This document shows, in pieces, positions 20,249-26,951 of a DNA stretch of 32,000 nt. The notes under the pieces were generated by a model. That model was given only the letters and a program-made list of their open reading frames with translations, made no database searches and had not been told where the DNA came from. A program made the position numbers and the translations under genes. Each line of letters starts with the position of its first letter. Positions within the stretch are counted from its first letter, which is position 1. This stretch comes from Cyanophyceae cyanobacterium. Lineage in GTDB: Bacteria > Cyanobacteriota > Cyanobacteriia > Cyanobacteriales > Laspinemataceae. The DNA lies in contig JBBQFN010000004.1 of the NCBI GenBank assembly GCA_038321985.1, positions 111,029-143,028 of the forward strand, in the 5' to 3' direction.

Positions 20249-20277
20249 ACCGCGATCGCATTTTTTGCGATCGCGGT
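20249..20277 (-). terminator. Probable terminator for the rbp gene, built from two inverted HIP1 sites
   Basis: ACCGCGATCGC, loop ATTTTTT, then GCGATCGCGGT, giving an 11-bp perfect stem. On the minus strand it is followed by TCCTTTTTGTCATTTTTTT. It lies about 200 nt after the rbp stop. Confidence 0.55.
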
Positions 20278-20474
20278 AAAAGAGGTTATCCCGCCGTCTC
20301 TTAAAGTCTTCCGGTTCTGAAAATCCTCAATCTGAAGACCCAAAATCAATCGGATCGCCCAAACACCCTCATAGAATGGAGTCACCGTTCACAGCTTGGG
20401 GGTGGAGGCAACCTGGGTTTTTCCCCCTCTAACCCGTCATTTGGAGGGGGTAAATACAGGGAAAAGCCATTGAT

Positions 20475-21032
20475 TTAGGAGTTGCTTGCTTGAGTAGCTA
20501 ACATTTGTTTTAGCTTTTCTAACTCCCCAGCCCAACGTGGATCCGGTTGTACAGAATCCGAGTCTGGGCTGGCAGTGCTGCTGTTGCTACCCGTCGAGCG
20601 TTTCGACTTGTTATTGGAACGAGCAGCGCCTCCACCGCCTCCGGTGGTAGGTTTAGCCACCTTACTCACAACTGGTGGTGTAGTGGGTGTTGTCGCAGTG
20701 GCTTCCGGGGTTTCCGTAGCTTCCGTGGCTTCGGTAGTCTCCGAAGTTGGGCCCGATTCTTGTTCCTCGTCACCTTTCCCCTTCTTGCGAGGCAATGCCT
20801 TTTCAATCTTCAGAGGGGTATCTTGGAACATATAACCGTTGAACTTTTCGATAAATTCGTCGGCTTGCTCGTCATTCTTCACCGTGACGAATCCGAACCC
20901 CCGACACTTGCCTGTCTTGCGATCGGTAATGACTTTAGTAGTCACCGAATCACCCTCGACCGCAAAAACGTCTTGCAGTTCTTTGCGATCAACTTCTTTT
21001 GGTAGATTACCTATATAAAGACGAATCGACAT
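20475..21032 (-). CDS. rbp: RRM-type RNA-binding protein with a long Thr/Glu/Ala-rich linker and a short conserved-looking C-terminus
   Basis: RNP2 is LYIGNL and RNP1 is RGFGFVTV. A strong SD (ATAGGAGGTATCTCGA) precedes the ATG. The 185-aa length compares with about 100 aa for typical cyanobacterial Rbps. The linker is ...SETTEATEATETPEATATTPTTPP... and the C-terminal segment is VQPDPRWAGELEKLKQMLA. Confidence 0.9.
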   Translation of the reverse strand: MSIRLYIGNLPKEVDRKELQDVFAVEGDSVTTKVITDRKTGKCRGFGFVTVKNDEQADEFIEKFNGYMFQDTPLKIEKALPRKKGKGDEEQESGPTSETTEATEATETPEATATTPTTPPVVSKVAKPTTGGGGGAARSNNKSKRSTGSNSSTASPDSDSVQPDPRWAGELEKLKQMLATQASNS

Positions 21033-21921
21033 TCGAGATACCTCCTATCTTTTGGAAAATCAATTAAATACAAAACCTTCTTTTTTGACTCGATCGGTTG
21101 TTCGGGGCTTCGTCGTTAACGACTTAAAACCAGAGCTTTCCTGTCCTCGCATTACCCGGTTATCGCATAAGGGTAAAGGTAACAGCTTGGCTTCGATCAA
21201 TCGGTTCACTAATTGCTCACCTAAACCCAGGCATACCCTATTGAAAAAAATACGCGCCAACATATTGCCGCTTCCGCTTTTGAGAATTCGGTGAAAATTT
21301 AGGGAGGGCATTGGATCTTTCAGGATTCCTTTCTTCTGCTTTTGATAAAAATCTGCTGTAGGAAACATATCCTCAATCCGGGGCTTCCAAACCACTGACG
21401 AGCATACTACCGTTCTCCTTAATACCATCCGGTAAACTTCAAACGACTCAAGTGTAAAGTTAATGCGTTTCTCAATATGGGCGCTCTCTTACTCACTCTA
21501 ACAGAAATGGGTGATTATCTCCCATCCCATTACTTTTTTTCGGCCTCAATCGAGCCACTCTTTAAAATATCACAGCTTATGCGGGTGAAGTAGTAGTAGA
21601 GTAGAATTTTTTTGATTTCTCTATTATAAATTTTACCTTGGGCCGCTCACTGTGGAATATTTTCTCATTTCCCGCCCATTTTGTTAGGGTTTTCAACTTT
21701 TTGGCAATCCAGAGGCAAAACGAGCCACTTTGTGGTGGCGGGTGCTATATCCCTGGGTCGGGAAAGGGCTTTAAGCAAGGGTGAAACCCGTGTTTTTTGG
21801 GGACTCCACCCCGGGCGGAAGGGGCTTCATTAAGAATTGTAACAACTTCCGGACGGGTCCAGCGACCTTTCCAGGCCTTTTGCCAGAACACTCGCCCGCA
21901 CCGGGGAACATAAAAGGAGAC

Positions 21922-24618
21922 CTAAGTACCGCCCTTAGACATCCAGTAAGCTCCTAAAAGCGCTGCCACGGCTGCCAAAAGGGTAGACCAGATTGGATGA
22001 GCACTAGAGTGAATTTTGCCGTCGGGAGTGGTGAATCGTTCCAAATCGATCCAGGGGGTAGCGCCTCGACGAAACCAACCGACGGTCAAAATTGCCTGTC
22101 CCACTGAATCGCTAGGACGCTTAGAAAATAGCCAAAGATACCCAAAAACTCCTAGATTTGAGGCGGCGTGCAACTTCACCAACCCAGTCGGGGAATGCAA
22201 GATTAAATCCTGGGCTAGCCAATTGCTGAGTCCGCGTCGTCCCAGAAGTTGACCCTCAATCCGAATCGGGAAACTATCAAGGGGTATGGCAGCAGCATCG
22301 GTGAGCAGGTCAGGCAAACTGGGGTTAGAACGGGTATTTTTGGGGGTAATATCGGGAAAAAAGGAGTTGATGCGGATAAAAATACCTAGACTGACTCCAA
22401 TTAATAACGAACCCTGGAGAAGGGAGCGATCGCCCCACACCCAATCTAGGGCCACAAAACCCAGGTTCGCAGCGACTGCCCCGATTGCCCAAAGTGTCAA
22501 CCCGGCGAGTAACCCTAGAGGTAAACCAAAATAGGGTGCACCTTGTAATAACAGGCGTTTGAGCATCCAACGAGGGGGTCTCGTCTCTGGTGTTACGGGG
22601 CGATCGCCGGCAAAATCCAATTCCGTATCCAGCTTCCAAAACCGAGCATACAAATCCAACAGAGTCAAACGACTGCCCAAAGGAGGATGAGATTGCGACA
22701 GATCCAACCATTTCGTGTAGGGATTGCGAGAGTCCCACTCTAGGAGACTTTCCCAGGAAGCCGATCGAGAACAACTTCCCAAGGTCATCCCCTGCATATA
22801 GCCGACCGGGGAGAGTAAATCGAATCCTTCCAGAACAAAACTGGTTTGACCTTGTTTCTCCACCTCTTGAGCGATACCGACGGCCATTTTTAGTAAAGCG
22901 CGAGTCAACGCATTGGGATTGCCCGTTAAAGAGGCGCTGACGCGATCGCTGTAATAAAACCGCAAGCGAGACAGGAATAAAACCGGCCACCGCAGCACCC
23001 AGTAAAACCCAAAGGCGGCTGCGGAAATGACCGCAGCGGTCCCTAACATAATCCTCCCGAACCACTCCTGGGAGTCCAACCACTTATCCCCGTCCCGGGC
23101 TACTTGCCAATACACCAGATAGGGAAGTTGACAGAGTAACACCGCCAAAGACATCAGGGGAAAATCCCAATTTTCTAAATGTCCTAACTCACCGGCATAA
23201 ATCGCCGCAATTTCATCCTCCTCTAACTGATCCAATAACCCTTGAGTGACCACAATTCGGGCAAATCGAGGTAAACAGCCGTAGGTCATTGCCATCGGTG
23301 CATCGGTAGGAATTACCCTCAGTTCCAGGGGCGGTTGCTTGCGCTCAAAGCAAAACCGGGATAGCAATTTACGGGCTTCCGAACTGTAGTTACTGAGTTT
23401 CTGTGGCGGCAATTTTTCCATGCCGTAGCCGAAGCGCAGCAGTAAATCTAGTAACCAGGGAGAGGCAACCAGCAACAGGGCGAGTATTCCCAGCAGGGTC
23501 CAAGTCTGATCTCGATAAAAACTTTGGATCGGCGATAAGAGGGGGAGTTGATAGAAGAGGTCGTTAACCCTTGCTGTAGCCCAATTCATGAAAACCCGTA
23601 GCAACCAAAACAGGGCGACTGCGCTGCCGACTTGGGCGAAAAATAAGTAAGCCGGTTTGACGGGTTTGAGTTTTCGCCAGTTCTGCGCCCGTCCCGCCTG
23701 ACGCCATGAGTTCTTTTGCGGGGTAGGAATTGCCGATTCGGGAGGCGGAGTTAGGGGTTGCTCGTCCTTCGATCCTCCGGGAGAGGGTAAATCCGCAGGG
23801 GTTTCTTTTAGGGATAAATAATCGACCCCCTCAGTTTCGGACTCTAAGGGCAGGACTTCTGGATAATCCCTTGCGACTCCCGGCGATTTCGGCGGGATGG
23901 GGGGCGCGCCTGGGGATGAGGCTTGATTTAAGGGGCTGACTCCAGGGCGAGGGGCGGTTGCGCCTTGGGGTCGGGGTGGGGGCAGGGGTGGCGGGTTGAC
24001 CGGGGAGCGGCGCGCAGGTTGGGCCTGAGCCGGTTCTAGGGGTACAAAGCCGGTGAGGTTCCCGGCAGGTGGGGACCCAGGGGAAACTTTGCCTTTAGAG
24101 TGGGGGAGGGTGAGCGGGGAGGGTTGAGCCGGTTCCGAAGATAAGGGGTCTAATGGTACAAAACCCGTGGAGTCTCCTCCGAGGGAGGAGGGCGGTTTGC
24201 CGGGGCGGTTTGGCGTTTTCGGGGTTTGAGGTTGAGACCCCGACGATGGGGGTGCCGATCGCGGTTGTGGAGAAGATTGATTAAACTGAGCTAAGGTCTG
24301 AACTGCCCAATCTTTGACTTTGGGATTGTCTGATTGGGTCAAGGTTTGACACAAGGCTAGTGCCTGGGACCGAGTGCGGTTACCGTTATAGGCCAGCACT
24401 AACCCCATCTGCGCTCGCTCAACCGTGGGTGGATGGAGTTCTTGTTCACACACCCTTTCTAAAATGGCGATCGCCTCGGCATAATTCTTTTTTTTGAGCG
24501 CCGCCAACCCTGTTTGGAGATTCGAGTGTTCCATAGCCATCGATTCGCAATTGGTAGATGAACCAAGCGGTTCAACGAAAACTAAACATTCAGAATCGAG
24601 AAGGTGGGGTTTTTTCAT
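21922..24618 (-). CDS. Large multi-pass membrane protein: N-terminal TPR-like segment, ~200-aa Pro-rich region, and an M48/M56-peptidase-like core with a degenerate zinc motif
   Basis: 898-aa ORF. The TPR-like segment is LAALKKKNYAEAIAILERV. The Pro-rich region contains TGFVPL(D/E)P twice. Several hydrophobic helices are present. The segment EEDEIAAIYAGELGHLENWD (GELGH at 23179-23193) aligns with the HExxH...D context of HtpX/Ste24/BlaR1-type peptidases. The start is uncertain: 24618, or ATG at 24540 or 24534 downstream of a strong hairpin. Confidence 0.8.
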   Translation of the reverse strand: MKKPHLLDSECLVFVEPLGSSTNCESMAMEHSNLQTGLAALKKKNYAEAIAILERVCEQELHPPTVERAQMGLVLAYNGNRTRSQALALCQTLTQSDNPKVKDWAVQTLAQFNQSSPQPRSAPPSSGSQPQTPKTPNRPGKPPSSLGGDSTGFVPLDPLSSEPAQPSPLTLPHSKGKVSPGSPPAGNLTGFVPLEPAQAQPARRSPVNPPPLPPPRPQGATAPRPGVSPLNQASSPGAPPIPPKSPGVARDYPEVLPLESETEGVDYLSLKETPADLPSPGGSKDEQPLTPPPESAIPTPQKNSWRQAGRAQNWRKLKPVKPAYLFFAQVGSAVALFWLLRVFMNWATARVNDLFYQLPLLSPIQSFYRDQTWTLLGILALLLVASPWLLDLLLRFGYGMEKLPPQKLSNYSSEARKLLSRFCFERKQPPLELRVIPTDAPMAMTYGCLPRFARIVVTQGLLDQLEEDEIAAIYAGELGHLENWDFPLMSLAVLLCQLPYLVYWQVARDGDKWLDSQEWFGRIMLGTAAVISAAAFGFYWVLRWPVLFLSRLRFYYSDRVSASLTGNPNALTRALLKMAVGIAQEVEKQGQTSFVLEGFDLLSPVGYMQGMTLGSCSRSASWESLLEWDSRNPYTKWLDLSQSHPPLGSRLTLLDLYARFWKLDTELDFAGDRPVTPETRPPRWMLKRLLLQGAPYFGLPLGLLAGLTLWAIGAVAANLGFVALDWVWGDRSLLQGSLLIGVSLGIFIRINSFFPDITPKNTRSNPSLPDLLTDAAAIPLDSFPIRIEGQLLGRRGLSNWLAQDLILHSPTGLVKLHAASNLGVFGYLWLFSKRPSDSVGQAILTVGWFRRGATPWIDLERFTTPDGKIHSSAHPIWSTLLAAVAALLGAYWMSKGGT

Positions 24619-24633
24619 TCTCGATTCTGAATG
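24587..24633. promoter_or_regulatory. 16-bp perfect inverted repeat spanning the annotated start of the M48-like gene
   Basis: CATTCAGAATCGAGAA (24587-24602), a 15-nt loop, then TTCTCGATTCTGAATG (24618-24633). On the minus strand the hairpin is followed by TTTAGTTTTCGTT. The 24618 ATG sits at the loop/stem junction. Confidence 0.6.
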
Positions 24634-24947
24634 CTCTATAGCCAGTCTAAATCATTCACAACCCTGATTTCTGGGGTTGGGTACGGGGAAAAAGCTCTAG
24701 GAGTTTTTGGGTGAGGGGGGTTTCTCCAGGTTGAGCTTTGTTCGGTGGGGTAACTGGCGTTGTTTGTCAACAGCCTTTAGAAGTGTGGACATCATCAATG
24801 TAATACCCGGGTAATCCTCCCCTCGAATCAATCGGGTTGTAGCAAAATTAAGATAGATTGAAAGGCAAACTCGTCGTGATGGGTTGCGATCGCATAACAT
24901 ACCTGCGATTTTTTTTCAGAAGTTTAATTACAAAAGGAGTTGAAGTC

Positions 24948-25292
24948 ATGTACGACGCAGACAAACGGAAGCTGTTATCTCTATTGGCTCATGGAGCGAT
25001 TTTTTTAAGTACAACTTTGGTGTCAATTGGCATCCCCCTGGCGATTTTATTCGTATCGGATGACCCAGTGGTGAAAGATAATGCCAAAGAATCTATCAAT
25101 TTTCACTTGAATGTCTGGGCTTGGGGTTCTGCAATTTTGGCTTTAAGTTTTCTGACGTTTGGCTTGCTGGGATTTTTTCTAGCTCCAGCGGGATTTCTTC
25201 TTCATTGGGGGTTGACCGCTTTTGCCATGCTCAAGGTGTTCGGAAATCCCGACCAGCCTTTCCAGTATCCTTTTATTTTCCGAGTGTTATAA
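24948..25292 (+). CDS. DUF4870-like small membrane protein (paralog 1)
   Basis: The track ORF starts at an upstream TTG (24858). The ATG at 24948, preceded by AAAGGAGTTGAAGTC, gives MYDADKRKLLSLLAHGAIFLS..., colinear with the paralog that begins MYDSDKRKLLSVLSHGAVFLS. The shared motif is DPVVK.NA.ES.NFHLN, with 3-4 predicted hydrophobic helices. Confidence 0.8.
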   Translation: MYDADKRKLLSLLAHGAIFLSTTLVSIGIPLAILFVSDDPVVKDNAKESINFHLNVWAWGSAILALSFLTFGLLGFFLAPAGFLLHWGLTAFAMLKVFGNPDQPFQYPFIFRVL

Positions 25293-25331
25293 CTTGAATA
25301 TTAGGCGATCGGCAAAATTGGAGGAATTTTT

Positions 25332-25667
25332 ATGTACGATTCAGACAAACGGAAGTTATTATCGGTTTTGTCTCACGGAGCAGTTTTTTTGAGTGCTACA
25401 TTCCTTTCGATCGGATTGCCGATCGCAATTTTGTTTCTTTCGGAAGATCCGGTTGTCAAAGGTAATGCCAGAGAATCTCTAAATTTTCACCTCAATCTTT
25501 ATCTCTATGGCATCATTTTTGGCCTTCTGACTTTTGTCTTGATTGGCTTTCCCCTGCTGTTCATTTTATTCGCCGTCAGTTGGATTCTGCCGATTATGGC
25601 AATTGTGAAGGTTCTGGGAGACCCCACTTTAATTTACCGCTATCCGTTCATTTTTCGGCTCGTTTAG
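25332..25667 (+). CDS. DUF4870-like small membrane protein (paralog 2)
   Basis: 111 aa, with GGAGG upstream of the ATG. It is clearly paralogous to 24948..25292 along its whole length and ends ...YRYPFIFRLV versus ...FQYPFIFRVL. Confidence 0.85.
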   Translation: MYDSDKRKLLSVLSHGAVFLSATFLSIGLPIAILFLSEDPVVKGNARESLNFHLNLYLYGIIFGLLTFVLIGFPLLFILFAVSWILPIMAIVKVLGDPTLIYRYPFIFRLV

Positions 25668-25678
25668 TGGGCAGTTGA

Positions 25679-25724
25679 GGGCGATCGTATTTCTGGGAAA
25701 CAGTGGCGGTGCGATCGCCCTTTT
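25679..25724 (+). terminator. Possible terminator between convergent genes
   Basis: GGGCGATCG (25679-25687), a 24-nt loop, CGATCGCCC (25712-25720), then TTTT. The loop is long, so support is weak. Confidence 0.35.
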
Positions 25725-25789
25725 AGGTGGCCTCTCTCCAGGGGCGATCAGGCCCTCTAATTTTAATAATTAAGGGATGGTAAAGTAGA

Positions 25790-26689
25790 CTAAAGTTCAG
25801 AATTGTAAGTGCTCGGAGATAAAGAAATTAAATCTTCTATATTGAGCCGCATGACCGCGCAGATAGAATCCAGGGGCAAATCATTAGAATCATATCCAAA
25901 GGGATTTTCGATTTCAATGCCAATTTTTTCAATGCCAAATAAAGTAAAGCTAATTAAAGCAACAACGGGTGCAGTCCATAAATTTAAGGTACTGACCATT
26001 TGAAAGGGTAGAGCCAGACAATAGATTAATAAAAGTTGTTTTAAATGAATGGCATAAGCTAAAGGCATAGGGGTTTTTAAAATCCGTTCAGATGAACCCA
26101 GTGCATCCACCATTGTATCTAACAGCTTCACCATGGTTGTAAGCTGATAAATATTGAGTTTATTGAGACGATATTGTTTCTGCAAGTAATCCCCCACCCA
26201 AAAGGCGATTTCTAAAGGAGGGTGATTCATACCTTGGAGTTTCTTATATTGTTTTGGCGAGACTAATCCCTCTAATTCTTGATTAATAGGTTCGTTTCTT
26301 AAATGCAATTTAGTAGCAATAGCAAAGGCTACTAATAATCTCACGTTATCCGCTTTTACGCTGGCATCTTCGGGATTAGTTTCGTCCACAGCTACCCAAA
26401 TTTGCCGAGAAAAATTGCGTACTGAATTGACAAGAGTACCCCAGGCTTTTCTCCCTTCCCAAAAGCGATCATAAGCTGTGTTGGTTCTAAAAACTAATAA
26501 TAAACCCAAAACAATCGTGGGAACCAATCCCTCTAATACAGGCCAAGAAACTGGATAGCCCAAGCGATATAAAATAGAGACAATTAAACTAAATAAACCG
26601 CTACAAGAAACCGGATTTAAAATAGCTGGAATCACCGAGCCTTTGAGTTTAAAAATCAGAGGAAAGCCTTTGATCTGGGGTAATTTCAT
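25790..26689 (-). CDS. Bestrophin-family (UPF0187/YneE-like) anion channel
   Basis: 299 aa. The family signature is FRTNTAYDRFWEGRKAWG, with the typical four hydrophobic helices and C-terminal ...IENPFGYDSNDLPLD. Confidence 0.88.
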   Translation of the reverse strand: MKLPQIKGFPLIFKLKGSVIPAILNPVSCSGLFSLIVSILYRLGYPVSWPVLEGLVPTIVLGLLLVFRTNTAYDRFWEGRKAWGTLVNSVRNFSRQIWVAVDETNPEDASVKADNVRLLVAFAIATKLHLRNEPINQELEGLVSPKQYKKLQGMNHPPLEIAFWVGDYLQKQYRLNKLNIYQLTTMVKLLDTMVDALGSSERILKTPMPLAYAIHLKQLLLIYCLALPFQMVSTLNLWTAPVVALISFTLFGIEKIGIEIENPFGYDSNDLPLDSICAVMRLNIEDLISLSPSTYNSEL

Positions 26690-26788
26690 AGCGGGGGGCG
26701 AGCGAACAAAGGATTAGGGAAGCTCCGGTGGAGGTTGTATGACAAACTAGGGTATGGTTTTCAGGTAATTATTAGGTCAATCATATCG

Positions 26789-26918
26789 ATATAGCATTTT
26801 CCAGAGTTATGAGGTACCGATAATTATTAGGAGTCGGAGCATCTTGCTCGCTTTTGAAAAAAGCGAGCAAGATGCTCGCATTTTTATTAGTAACTCATGA
26901 GTCCGGAACCCGCTATAT
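26789..26918. repeat. 130-bp MITE-like segment with a 19-bp perfect central hairpin
   Basis: The ends are ATATAGC (26789-26795) and GCTATAT (26912-26918). The central hairpin is GAGCATCTTGCTCGCTTTT (26837-26855), a 3-nt loop, then AAAAGCGAGCAAGATGCTC (26859-26877). The right arm itself contains the sub-palindrome GCGAGCA-AGA-TGCTCGC. The overall architecture (ATATAGC ends plus central hairpin) resembles the 110-bp element at 3970/14358. Confidence 0.4.
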
Positions 26919-26951
26919 CAGCCCTAGGAATGCCATTGCAAAAGTTACCTT

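Noticed and set aside
20173-20385. A 70-aa minus-strand ORF downstream of rbp. I checked it as a possible rpsU, which often follows rbp genes in cyanobacteria.
   Set aside because: The sequence bears no resemblance to ribosomal protein S21, and the ORF spans the HIP1-based terminator hairpin.
21060-21428. A 122-aa minus-strand ORF immediately upstream of the rbp gene, together with the overlapping plus-strand ORF 21052..21294.
   Set aside because: The two mutually overlapping ORFs have no motifs. The minus one ends 27 nt before the rbp start, inside what is most likely the rbp leader. The composition is not protein-like.
24697-24900. A 67-aa minus-strand ORF between the M48-like gene and the first DUF4870 gene. 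The long TTG-initiated extension of the DUF4870 ORF (24858-24947) belongs with it.
   Set aside because: There are no motifs or SD. The DUF4870 paralog alignment shows that the real protein begins at MYDADKRK (24948).
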